Origin: Chlamydiia bacterium
Lineage (GTDB): Bacteria; Chlamydiota; Chlamydiia; Chlamydiales; 2-12-FULL-49-11
Direction of reading: 5' to 3'
Assembly: GCA_044233345.1 (NCBI GenBank)
Contig: JBIIKD010000002.1
Coordinates: forward strand, 1 to 33,639
DNA length: 33,639 bases
Part shown: one piece after another, positions 1 to 8,392 of the stretch
Position numbering within the stretch: position 1 is the stretch's first letter
Layout of the letters: each line of letters opens with the position of its first letter
The notes under the pieces: model-generated
Databases searched by the model: none
Seen by the model: the letters and a program-made list of their open reading frames with translations, nothing else
Told to the model about the DNA's origin: nothing
Translations under genes and position numbers: made by a program

Positions 1-923
1 GTTTTTCTTAAAATATTCCGTCTAAGAAGAGGGGTATATCCACCTTGTTTAGGAGTCATTTTTACGGATTGGCCATTTTTATCGATCCCTGTGTAAGAAG
101 AAAGAGGGAATTTAGCATTTTCTTGATTTGATTTTTCAATTTGAAAGTCGAATTCGATCGGATGGACTACGCTTAATTTATTTGTCTCAGATGAAAGGGG
201 TAGGTTTAATTCAGCAATCGCTCCACCAATTGTTGAAAAGACCACTTGTTGATATTCATTTTCCAACACATAGAAACGTTCATTTTGTAAAGCTTCATCG
301 ATCTTTTTTGCTGGTCGTTGAAGAGAAATAAAGCCTTTTAGCTCTTCTGTATCTTCAAATAAGATAAATTGTTTTTCTTCATAGGACCAAATTCCAACGG
401 GAATGAGTCCATCGCTTCCAGAATAAAGAGCGATAGCATCACCTTCTAATTTTGTATAAGGAAAGTGGATTCGACGATTTGCATATTCACCAATTGTTGA
501 GCTTGCTTGATTGAATGTTTGTAAGTTTGATACAAGTTGAAGATCGGTTGCATTTTTTAATGATGGAATAGGGGGTAAATTAAACTCTTTAGATGAAGAA
601 TAGATCCCAAGACCATTTACAAAAAAAAGGTTTAGTGAAGTGTTTTTTGCATGAAGAGTTTCAGGAAGTTTTTCCTCTCCCTGAAGAGTAAGATATAAAT
701 CTCCGAATTGTAGGGCATTGGTTGCAAATTGCTCGCCATTTTTGTCATAAAACAGGGGGACAAGAGGAAGTTGTTCTTGTTTAGCGATCTTGGATTCATA
801 CAATTCTTTTCTAGAAAGATCTTGATTTTTTTGAAGTTCACCTGAACGGTCAAAAACAAAAGTATTGAGTACAAAAAAAGAGATCATCATCAAAGAAATA
901 AAAAGAAAAGAACGCTTGTCCAT
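1..923 (-). CDS. yidC: Membrane protein insertase YidC, N-terminal part (the gene continues past the window start)
   Basis: This gene is absent from the ORF track because it is open at the window edge. I checked every minus-strand codon from the ATG (923-921) down to position 3 and found no stop in 307 codons. The translation MDKRSFLFISLMMISFFVLNTFVF... gives an N-terminal TM anchor followed by a large soluble domain. That domain contains FYVLENEYQQVVFSTIGGAIAELNLP, which resembles the YidC periplasmic-domain motif. Track ORFs 128..331(+) and 632..874(-) lie inside it and are discounted. Confidence 0.65.
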   Translation of the reverse strand, partial: MDKRSFLFISLMMISFFVLNTFVFDRSGELQKNQDLSRKELYESKIAKQEQLPLVPLFYDKNGEQFATNALQFGDLYLTLQGEEKLPETLHAKNTSLNLFFVNGLGIYSSSKEFNLPPIPSLKNATDLQLVSNLQTFNQASSTIGEYANRRIHFPYTKLEGDAIALYSGSDGLIPVGIWSYEEKQFILFEDTEELKGFISLQRPAKKIDEALQNERFYVLENEYQQVVFSTIGGAIAELNLPLSSETNKLSVVHPIEFDFQIEKSNQENAKFPLSSYTGIDKNGQSVKMTPKQGGYTPLLRRNILRK

Positions 924-1129
924 CGCTGTAGCCCTAAATAATTCAGATGGAATGGGACTATAACAGAAATGTCAATAAAGAACTATGTCGAAATCATTCC
1001 CCATTTCTTTATATTTGATTGAGTTGATCGAATTCTTTTAGATTAACGAAATCTACTTTTGTTTTTTTGAAAAAATTCTAATGATAAAGAATAATTAGGT
1101 TTTCTTATAGGATAACTATCAGAAACTGC

Positions 1130-1300
1130 ACTTTAAACCCAATCGGCTACCTATTTCATCTCCAGACTATCTGCGGGAGCGGTCTTTGAATAATTGGCTC
1201 TCGCTAAGGGGAAATACCCTTGGCTTCGCTTCAATAATTCAAAACCCATCTGCCTCGATAACGCCTGGAGATGAAATAGGTAGCTAATTGGGTTTTAAGT
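1130..1300. repeat. Long imperfect hairpin or inverted-repeat element: 31-nt arms (1135-1165 and 1265-1295) around a 99-nt partly self-complementary core
   Basis: The left arm is aaacccaatcggctacctatttcatctccag and the right arm is ctggagatgaaataggtagctaattgggttt. They are reverse complements with 29 of 31 positions matching. The core contains further pairings: tttgaataattg with caataattcaaa (11 of 12) and aaggg-gaaata-ccctt at the apex. The right arm abuts the TAA stop of the TPR gene (1295-1297). Confidence 0.6.
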
Positions 1301-3322
1301 TTCCAGGTCTAGGTGGTTGATAAAGGCGCGAAATAATTCGGTCTGCCTTAGATTATCAAGCCAATCATCTTCTAACACGTCATCCAAAGGGGGAAGAGCT
1401 TCAAAATGTTCCGCTTTTTCTAAAAAGAACATCGATTTTTCATATAGCCTCATAAGAGAGTATAGGCAGGCTAGGTGGTAGTAAGACTCAGGATTGCCAA
1501 GTTTTGCTGATTGAATTAATTTATATTCTGCTTCTTTCCAGAGTTGTTCCCTTTCATCTGTAGAAGGAGAGATTTCAGCTAAACTGATAAGGCAAAGGGC
1601 CCAGTCAAGAATTAACTGTTCGTTTTCTTCATTTCCTTGAAAGGCAATTTTAAAATGAGAAACCGCTCTTTGATAGACTTCTATAAGGTCTGTTAATTCA
1701 GCTAAGTGGGTGTAGACAATAGCAATTTGATAGTGAATATCAGGAAAATCAGGGTCGAGCATTAAAACGCGTTTTAAAATTTCAATTGCTTTTACATAAT
1801 ATTTGTCTTCATCAATGAAATCTCCCATGAGATCGAGTGCAAGGGCATAGGAGAAAAGCCACTCTGGATGTAAATAAACTGCATTTTTTTGTAGATTAAA
1901 AGCTTGTTCAAAATGTAAAAGAGAGGTTTCCAATATGCTTTTATCTTGATTGTATGCCGCTAATTTTCTAAGGGATGAAGCGTACTCAAAATAATAATTG
2001 CTGTCAGATTGTAAATTAATTGCTCTTGTGTAGAATTTTCCAGCACGTTCAAATAAAATGGGGTCATCCTCTATTTCTGCAACTACTGCATATGTATGAC
2101 CGATATGAAACCAAAGTTTATGGTGAGCACGGTTAATAGAAAGCCCCTCTTGAAATTTTTCAATGGCTTGGTAGAAATAATCGATATCGTTGTAGTACTT
2201 TCCAAAAGCAAATAAATTAACTCCTTGTGCATAACACACTTCTGTTGTTTCCCCAAATTTTTCAAGAGTAACAGATGCTTTATTTTCCCCCTCATGAATG
2301 TGGTCTAATCGGTCAGTTACCATACCAAGCGTTGAAAGGGTTTCAGACCAAACAATAAGAACTTCTTGGTCTATTTGGTTGCAACGGTGAGCTTGACTAC
2401 ATTTTTCAATAGCAGCATGGAGTCTTTTAGTATCTCGAATCCGTTTCCCAGAAGAAAGGAGAAGTTTTGCCCAAGAAAGCCATATTTGATCATTTTGAGG
2501 ATGTAATTTTGCTGCATTAGTAAAACATTCATTTGCTTGGCAAAAATGGTCGTCATCGTGGGTTAGTTCATATAGATGAGAGAGAGTTTCTCCTAAATAA
2601 AACCAACTTTCAAAATTAGATATTGATTGGGCTAAAGCATTTTTATGACAATTAATAGCCTTTAAATAAAGGCGAATGTCATTGATTTGTATTCCTAATT
2701 TTAAAGAAACTTTTCCAAAATCTTGCCAAAATTTAGCCGGAAGATTTTCATTTAAAGAAGAAGCTTTAGCATGAGCATCAAGAGCTGTATTAAGATCAGA
2801 AATTTCTTCAGATTGATCACCAATTTGGATCATGACCTGTCCGTAATTCCAAAAAAGATCTGCAACATCAGATTCTGGGTAAGCTTTAGAAAGGGTAATA
2901 GCTTTTTTATATTTTATTGCGGCGTCTAAGAAGTAGTGGTGTTGTTTAAAGGTCCGTCCAAGGTGGTGCAATGTATTTCCAAAAGCTTGCCAAGCAGGGA
3001 AAAAATCAGGAGATATGGAAATTGCTAGTTTAAATTTTTTATTTGCTAAAAGAAAATATTTTTTTACATTGCCTTTTGAGGCAAAGTCAAAAAGAGCTAA
3101 ACCCTGGCGAAATAGAATATGAATGTTAGTCGAATCAAGGGATAGGGCTAAGTCAAAAAATTTAAGACCTTTAATATCGCCTTGAAGAAGCTTTATTTCA
3201 CCCTGTTTTTGAAGAAATGTTGGGTGATCTTCATTTTCTACTTCGAAGAGAAGGGGATGAAATGACATCGATTCTTTTTCTCCTAGCGAATTTTCTTGCC
3301 TAATCAAATTTTTATCTACCAT
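1295..3322 (-). CDS. Large tetratricopeptide-repeat (TPR) protein
   Basis: This is a 675-aa ORF made almost entirely of helical repeats of about 34 aa. Recurring W/Y/F-x-x-L/G-x-x-Y...A...F/Y..A..L.P patterns are visible, for example AWQAFGNTLHHLGRTFKQHHYFLDAAIKYKKAITL and ESYYHLACLYSLMRLYEKSMFFLEKA. No enzymatic motif is visible. Confidence 0.8.
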   Translation of the reverse strand: MVDKNLIRQENSLGEKESMSFHPLLFEVENEDHPTFLQKQGEIKLLQGDIKGLKFFDLALSLDSTNIHILFRQGLALFDFASKGNVKKYFLLANKKFKLAISISPDFFPAWQAFGNTLHHLGRTFKQHHYFLDAAIKYKKAITLSKAYPESDVADLFWNYGQVMIQIGDQSEEISDLNTALDAHAKASSLNENLPAKFWQDFGKVSLKLGIQINDIRLYLKAINCHKNALAQSISNFESWFYLGETLSHLYELTHDDDHFCQANECFTNAAKLHPQNDQIWLSWAKLLLSSGKRIRDTKRLHAAIEKCSQAHRCNQIDQEVLIVWSETLSTLGMVTDRLDHIHEGENKASVTLEKFGETTEVCYAQGVNLFAFGKYYNDIDYFYQAIEKFQEGLSINRAHHKLWFHIGHTYAVVAEIEDDPILFERAGKFYTRAINLQSDSNYYFEYASSLRKLAAYNQDKSILETSLLHFEQAFNLQKNAVYLHPEWLFSYALALDLMGDFIDEDKYYVKAIEILKRVLMLDPDFPDIHYQIAIVYTHLAELTDLIEVYQRAVSHFKIAFQGNEENEQLILDWALCLISLAEISPSTDEREQLWKEAEYKLIQSAKLGNPESYYHLACLYSLMRLYEKSMFFLEKAEHFEALPPLDDVLEDDWLDNLRQTELFRAFINHLDLET

Positions 3323-3508
3323 TTTTTCAAGCTTCCTTGGGCTTCTGAAAGTTTGTGATTATAGGGATGGGATAGTTTTTTCACAATGCTAACAAACAGT
3401 TTAACTGGATCAAAAAATGTCTTGAAGGGGTCAAAAAAAAATGACAATATTCAAGGAGAATATTTTACAGAACAGATCTTTTACAAGAAATTAATCAATG
3501 AGGTAGCA

Positions 3509-3898
3509 ATGTTTGAAATAACGAGAAAAATACGGATGAGTGAGACAGATGCAACTGGCGCTATTTATTTTACAAATCAATTAAAATTTGCTACGGAGCT
3601 TTTTGAGTATTTTTTGGAAACTAAAAAATTGTTTGAAGGTGAATATTTTATCCCTATTGTAGAGGCAAGAAGTCGATTTTTTGCTCCTCTTTATTTAGGG
3701 GATGAAATTCTTCTTACCCTTTATTTTGATTCCATTCAAGAATCAAGCTTTGTTGCCTGTGCAAATATTTTAAAAAAAGGGGTGAAAGTAGGGGAAACAT
3801 CGATTAAACATGTTTTTATTTCGAAAGAAGGAAGAAAAAGAGTTTTAATTCCAGAGCCCTTTCGGTCCATTTTGCACGAGCACTGTCTTGTGGTGTAA
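3509..3898 (+). CDS. Hotdog-fold (4HBT-type) acyl-CoA thioesterase, a candidate 1,4-dihydroxy-2-naphthoyl-CoA thioesterase
   Basis: The track ORF starts at 3386, but ATG 3509 is preceded by tGAGGtagca, an SD-like sequence. That start gives a 129-aa protein, the typical size for this family. The N-terminus MFEITRKIRMSETDATGAIYFTNQLKFATELFEYFL fits the 4HBT pattern, with a catalytic Asp followed by a G-x-hydrophobic-Y/F-x-x-x-Y/L helix. The gene sits at the end of the men cluster. Confidence 0.6.
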   Translation: MFEITRKIRMSETDATGAIYFTNQLKFATELFEYFLETKKLFEGEYFIPIVEARSRFFAPLYLGDEILLTLYFDSIQESSFVACANILKKGVKVGETSIKHVFISKEGRKRVLIPEPFRSILHEHCLVV

Positions 3899-4987
3899 AA
3901 CAATATCTTCTTTATAGGGAATGTTATAGCGTGGAAGGGTAGTCTCAAGAACTAAGCGAATATCTTCTTTATCTATATGTTGATCGATCCATATAGCAGC
4001 GACAGGTCTTTCCCCAAACTCCTCATCGAGCCGCTTTTTTACAGTTGCTCCTCGTACCCAAGGGATATCCATCAAAGCCTTTTCAATCTCCTCAAGATGA
4101 ATATTCTCACCCCCTGAAATAATCATCCGATCCTTTCTTCCGAGAATCTGTAGCTTTCCTTCCTCTGTTTTTCCTAAATCACCTGTCGGAAACCATCTAT
4201 CGACAAAAGGAGAGGGAAGGGAAAGATAGCCATCAAAAAGAGTTTCTCCACGCACCCATACTTCTCCATTCTCATCGACCTTTAGCTCTCTTTTGGATAG
4301 GGTTGATCCAAAATGGATTCCTTCTTCAATGGTGAATCGATTTGTTGCGATCTGTGAGCACATTTCTGTCATGCCATAGGTGAGAAAAAGAGGAAGATCC
4401 TCGGTACAAAGAGAGCGCGGAATAGGGGCTCCCCCTACAAGGATTGCTTTTATGCAAGAGGGAATTTGGTTTTCATGAAGAAGTCGCTTTAGTTGTGTTG
4501 GAACTAAGGAAAGGTGAGTGGGCTTTATATGAGATGCTTTTGGAAGTATGACCGCGCCACCACTTAAAAAAGAGCGAAACAAAATTGCAAGCCCTCCTAC
4601 GTGGTTTAAAGGAAGAGAGAGTCTCCACCGGCATCCTGGTGAAAGCTCCAAATCGGGGTGGGGATGAAGAGCATTCACAAAATGCGCCTCTAGACTATGT
4701 AAAACAAACTTAGGCCTTCCCATCGATCCAGAAGTCATCAAACAAGTTCCAGGTCCGTCTGGAAGAACAATCCTTGGAACTATAGGCTCTCTTGGAGAAA
4801 CGGGAAGTATTCTCTTTCCCTTCCGCAACAGCGAGAAAATCTTTACAATACATTCGACAGTTGAATCGACCACAAAAATGGGGTCAAAATCAGGGCTTTT
4901 ATTAATCAGTGCGTCGAGTTCCGCATACGTATAAGTGCAGCCTGCATCATATAAAGCGATTTCTTTTGCGTGCTGAAGGAAGTTCAT
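3845..4987 (-). CDS. menE: O-succinylbenzoate-CoA ligase (short form)
   Basis: Adenylate-forming enzyme motifs are present: MTSGSMGRPKFV (the TSGSTGxPK P-loop), YGMTE, TGDLG and GRKDRMIISGGENI. The gene lies in the men cluster. At 380 aa it is shorter than typical MenE proteins. Confidence 0.85.
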   Translation of the reverse strand: MNFLQHAKEIALYDAGCTYTYAELDALINKSPDFDPIFVVDSTVECIVKIFSLLRKGKRILPVSPREPIVPRIVLPDGPGTCLMTSGSMGRPKFVLHSLEAHFVNALHPHPDLELSPGCRWRLSLPLNHVGGLAILFRSFLSGGAVILPKASHIKPTHLSLVPTQLKRLLHENQIPSCIKAILVGGAPIPRSLCTEDLPLFLTYGMTEMCSQIATNRFTIEEGIHFGSTLSKRELKVDENGEVWVRGETLFDGYLSLPSPFVDRWFPTGDLGKTEEGKLQILGRKDRMIISGGENIHLEEIEKALMDIPWVRGATVKKRLDEEFGERPVAAIWIDQHIDKEDIRLVLETTLPRYNIPYKEDIVLHHKTVLVQNGPKGLWN

Positions 4988-5079
4988 GTTTTTATGAAAG
5001 ATACAAAAAAAGATCTTTTTTAACTAATGATAATCAGGAAGGAGTCAAAAAAACAATTTTTGAATCACGAAGAGTATAG

Positions 5080-6036
5080 TTATAGCTTGACTAGTTTTGA
5101 GTAATCGATGGACATTCGGTTAAAGTACTCTTTTTTGATAAGCCCTTTACGAAAAGCGATCGGTTTTTTTAGTAAGGAGTAAGCGTGAGATTCGTAGGTA
5201 TCAACCGCAACGATTTTTCCTGGGTTAATAATGGAAGAAATCCGGACAATGTGGGATAAACCGATCTCTGTTTCGAAGGAGGTGCCAAACACGCACTCAA
5301 TACCACTGGCCGCCAGTTGAATTGCTTTACATTGATCAAGCCCACCATGCATGGAAGGTTTGACGATCAGGTGCGAGAGCCCTTTTAGTTTTATGATCCG
5401 TTCAAGTGGGTGGAAAAGAAGGTGTTCGTCGATCGCGTAAGAAAATCCAGTTTCTTCATGGAAAGCTTCGAGTTCCATAAAATATTGGACAGGCTCTTCT
5501 ATATATAAAATTTCAGTTGGTGAAAAGTGTCGGCAAAACTCTTTTGTTTGGCTTAAGCTCCACTTTCGGTTGAGATCGATTCTAAGACGCGCTCCTTTTT
5601 CTATAAAGCTCTTTGTAATGGAAATTGCTTCAGAAAGATTAGATGCACCAAGTTTGATTTTTACATCGCCGCTCATTGCAGTCGCTTTTTTTGGATCATA
5701 AAAGAATCGAGTAGTTGTGAAAGAGAGATCTTGACTAAGAGGGGAGTAGAGTTGAGAGACAGCGCTTTCCATTCCGAACATTACGGATGGGGGAAAAAAA
5801 GTAGGGGAGAGTTCTTTTTTGAGAATTTTTTCTCGAAGAGATTTTAGGAAAGAAAGGGATTCTTCTAGTGTTTCATGACTTAATCCTGGTAGAGGGGCAA
5901 TTTCACCAAATCCTTCTCGGCCGCTTTCATCGGCCAATCGGATGATAAATCCTTTCCGAGTCATCCCAATATTTAAAGGGACCTGATAGGAAAAAATATC
6001 AAATGCGATCAATCTCATCGGATAAGTCCTAAGCAA
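5080..6036 (-). CDS. menC: o-Succinylbenzoate synthase (enolase superfamily)
   Basis: The KxK motif appears in GDVKIKLG. Metal-ligand positions are seen in RIDLNRKWS, YIEEP and AIDEH. The protein is 318 aa and the gene lies between menA and menE. Confidence 0.85.
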   Translation of the reverse strand: MLRTYPMRLIAFDIFSYQVPLNIGMTRKGFIIRLADESGREGFGEIAPLPGLSHETLEESLSFLKSLREKILKKELSPTFFPPSVMFGMESAVSQLYSPLSQDLSFTTTRFFYDPKKATAMSGDVKIKLGASNLSEAISITKSFIEKGARLRIDLNRKWSLSQTKEFCRHFSPTEILYIEEPVQYFMELEAFHEETGFSYAIDEHLLFHPLERIIKLKGLSHLIVKPSMHGGLDQCKAIQLAASGIECVFGTSFETEIGLSHIVRISSIINPGKIVAVDTYESHAYSLLKKPIAFRKGLIKKEYFNRMSIDYSKLVKL

Positions 6037-6908
6037 AAAAGAAGTGTATAAAAAGCAAGAATAGCTGCAGTTTTTGGAAGAAGGGGGGCATAGTCTTTCG
6101 GGGTATTTATTTTAAACACTTCTCTAATCAAAGGGATCGAGGGGATTAAAGCGATGGGAGCTAAAAGGAGATAATTAGAGTAATAGGCAAAAAATACTAA
6201 TATAAAAGGAATGACAAAAGCAATAATGTGCATCGTTAAATATTCACATTTCCCAAAAAAAGCGCCAAAACGTACAGGTAAAGAGTGTTTTCCCGCCATT
6301 CGGTCTGTATCTAGATCTCTTAGATTATCAATTGTGAGGATAGCTGTGGAGAGAGCCCCTGAAGCAAGTCCACCAATAAATCCATCCGCAACAAGGACTC
6401 CTGTTTGTAGAAAAAAGGTCATCCCTCCTGCAAGAGATCCCATAAAAAAGAGGACAAAAAAATCACCAAGTCCGTAGTGGGAAAGGGGAAATGGCCCAGC
6501 GCTATAAAAAACTCCTAGAATAATCGCAAGAATGAGCAAAAAAAGAATAAGAGTTCCCCCTAAAATCATTAAATGGGTAGCAGAAATAGCTGCAATTAGG
6601 AAAAAAACTAAAGACATGATTCCCACTTCTTTTGCAGTTAAAAGTCCTTGGACAATTAGTTTTCTTGGACCTAAACGCTCTTTTCTGTCGATTTCTTTTT
6701 GAAAGTCAAAATAGTCGTTTGCGAGGTTCGTTCCTATCTGAATCGATAGAGCAGTAATAAGAGAGGTAATAAAAATAGAAAAATCAAAAAAAGCTGCAAA
6801 GGAAGCCATAGAAGTTCCAATCACAACAGGAGAAATGCTAGCAATCCACGTTTTTGGGCGAAAGGCTTCAAACCAAAGGGCACTTTTTATTCTGATAGAC
6901 ATAATCAT
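6015..6908 (-). CDS. menA: 1,4-dihydroxy-2-naphthoate polyprenyltransferase (UbiA family)
   Basis: This is a polytopic membrane protein carrying the UbiA-family motif NLANDYFDFQKEIDR and a second Asp-rich motif, DNLRDLDTD. Its ATG (6908-6906) shares one nucleotide with the TAA of the upstream gene (TAATG). Confidence 0.9.
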   Translation of the reverse strand: MIMSIRIKSALWFEAFRPKTWIASISPVVIGTSMASFAAFFDFSIFITSLITALSIQIGTNLANDYFDFQKEIDRKERLGPRKLIVQGLLTAKEVGIMSLVFFLIAAISATHLMILGGTLILFLLILAIILGVFYSAGPFPLSHYGLGDFFVLFFMGSLAGGMTFFLQTGVLVADGFIGGLASGALSTAILTIDNLRDLDTDRMAGKHSLPVRFGAFFGKCEYLTMHIIAFVIPFILVFFAYYSNYLLLAPIALIPSIPLIREVFKINTPKDYAPLLPKTAAILAFYTLLFCLGLIR

Positions 6909-8392
6909 TACCCTCTTTTAGGAAAGGAAGAAAAATCGGGGGTTCTTTTCTCTAAAAAAGCAGCATGACCTTCTTTTGCCTCTTCGCTCATGTAGTAAAG
7001 AAGTGTTGCATTACCAGCTAGTTCTTGAAGGCCTATTTGTCCATCACAGTCTGCGTTAAAGGCAGATTTTAAACAACGAAGAGCAAGGGGGGAGTGTTTA
7101 AGTATATCATCAGCCCATTTCATAGTTTCTTTTTCAAGGTCTGCCAAAGGAACAACAGTGTTTATAAGCCCCATTTCTAATGCCTCTTTTGCATTATATT
7201 GTCTGCATAGGTACCAAATTTCTCGCGCTTTTTTTTGTCCAACGATACGACTTAAGTAACTTGCTCCAAGTCCGCCATCAAAAGATCCTACTTTAGGGCC
7301 GACTTGGCCAAAAATTGCATTTTCTGCTGCAATTGTTAGGTCACAAACTACATGAAGTACATGTCCTCCTCCGATTGCATAACCGGCAACCATTGCAATT
7401 ACAGGTTTGGGACAAGATCGTATTTCTCGTTGAAAATCAAGGATGCCTAGAGATTCTTTTCCTTCATTATCTTTATAGCCAGCACTTCCCCGAATTTTTT
7501 GGTCGCCACCAGAGCAGAAAGCTTTCTCTCCTTGTCCCGTTAAAATGATTACTCCGATCTTTTCATCCACTCGAGCATCATTTAGAGCAATCCGCATTTC
7601 TTCAACTGTTTTTGGACGAAAAGCATTATGTACTTCAGGGCGATTAATTGTGATTTTTGCTTTTCCTTCAGATTTATGGTACAGGATGTCGGTAAACTCT
7701 ATTGCCTGCTTCCAAGTAAGTGCTTTTTCTAAGAGTTTTTGCATTTTTTCTATATTCTCCATGTGAATTGCATGAAAGCCATTTTTGATAAAATCAACTG
7801 TATTAGGCCCGATAATCGATTGTAGTCGTTTGGCAATCGGTTGAAATTTTTCATCTTTTTCACCAAAAATAAAATAAAGCTTGGTCTTAAAGAAAGGGAG
7901 ATCATTCCAAAAGGAGGGTTGTTTGGCAAGGGAAAATTTTAATAACGTATTGATTAGTAAAGTGGGGTTTTGCTCTAACCGATATTTAGGGAATGGCCAT
8001 CCGCCAAAAAGTGGGTTTTGATACCAGTTTGTCACGAATTTCTCTATAGTATCTATTTCTAATTCTTCTATCCAAAGAGATTCTTTTTTCGCTCTTTTTT
8101 CTCGCTCTTCATCGCTATCTAATCCTGGGTGAACAGAAAGAAGAAAAAGAGAAGAGATATGATCTGGAAAAAGAGAGGCAAACCAAAGGGCCATTCTTCC
8201 TCCCATGGAATATCCAATAACGATAGACCCTTTTGGGATTTTCTCTTTCCATTCTTCAAGATCAGTTGGAAAGTCGATTGCAAGGCAGTCATAAGAATTT
8301 TTAAAAAAATCAATGTATGGATCCCAATCTCTTGGTGAGCCTAGAAAGCCGTGAATAAAAACTAACGTGTTTTTGAAACCGTGAAGTAACAA
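6908..8392 (-). CDS. menHB: Bifunctional fusion: SHCHC synthase (MenH, alpha/beta hydrolase, aa 1 to about 226) and 1,4-dihydroxy-2-naphthoyl-CoA synthase (MenB, aa about 227 to 494)
   Basis: The N-terminal half has [13 protein letters not shown], the nucleophile elbow GYSMGGR, and a C-terminal His in [10 protein letters not shown]. The C-terminal half is an almost motif-perfect MenB: [75 protein letters not shown] and [14 protein letters not shown]. It is one uninterrupted 494-codon frame, with the junction near 7714. The start is TTG. Confidence 0.85.
   Translation of the reverse strand: MLLHGFKNTLVFIHGFLGSPRDWDPYIDFFKNSYDCLAIDFPTDLEEWKEKIPKGSIVIGYSMGGRMALWFASLFPDHISSLFLLSVHPGLDSDEEREKRAKKESLWIEELEIDTIEKFVTNWYQNPLFGGWPFPKYRLEQNPTLLINTLLKFSLAKQPSFWNDLPFFKTKLYFIFGEKDEKFQPIAKRLQSIIGPNTVDFIKNGFHAIHMENIEKMQKLLEKALTWKQAIEFTDILYHKSEGKAKITINRPEVHNAFRPKTVEEMRIALNDARVDEKIGVIILTGQGEKAFCSGGDQKIRGSAGYKDNEGKESLGILDFQREIRSCPKPVIAMVAGYAIGGGHVLHVVCDLTIAAENAIFGQVGPKVGSFDGGLGASYLSRIVGQKKAREIWYLCRQYNAKEALEMGLINTVVPLADLEKETMKWADDILKHSPLALRCLKSAFNADCDGQIGLQELAGNATLLYYMSEEAKEGHAAFLEKRTPDFSSFPKRG

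Noticed and set aside
128-874. Track ORFs 128..331(+) and 632..874(-).
   Set aside because: Both lie inside a 307-codon minus-strand frame (1..923) that has no stop and carries YidC-like sequence. The 632..874 ORF is in a different frame from that gene. They are short, have odd composition and show no motifs.
1130-1300. The hairpin element as SRP (4.5S) RNA, 6S RNA, tmRNA or RNase P RNA.
   Set aside because: I found no SRP domain IV motif (GGAA / AGCA loops), no tmRNA tag reading frame or tRNA-like end, and no RNase P conserved regions. The 31-bp near-perfect closing stem is atypical for 6S RNA. The element is kept only as an unclassified hairpin or repeat.
3354-3385. The inverted half-sites TGTGA ... 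TCACA in the TPR/thioesterase intergenic region, which resemble a CRP/FNR-type operator.
   Set aside because: The half-sites are 22 nt apart rather than the 6 nt required for a CRP/FNR-type site. I have no other support, so this is probably chance.
3386-3508. A 41-aa N-terminal extension of the thioesterase ORF.
   Set aside because: The extension (MLTNSLTGSKNVLKGSKKNDN...) is low-complexity and has no SD. The internal ATG 3509 has a GAGG SD and gives the canonical ~130-aa hotdog length.
8362-8392. The 31-nt menD/menH overlap as evidence of a frameshifted PHYLLO-like MenD-MenH-MenB trifunctional gene.
   Set aside because: menD ends at a clean TAG after a plausible C-terminus, and the MenH frame has an in-frame TTG right before the conserved LVFIHGF core. 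Overlapping coupled genes are the rule throughout this operon, so a frameshift is not needed to explain it.
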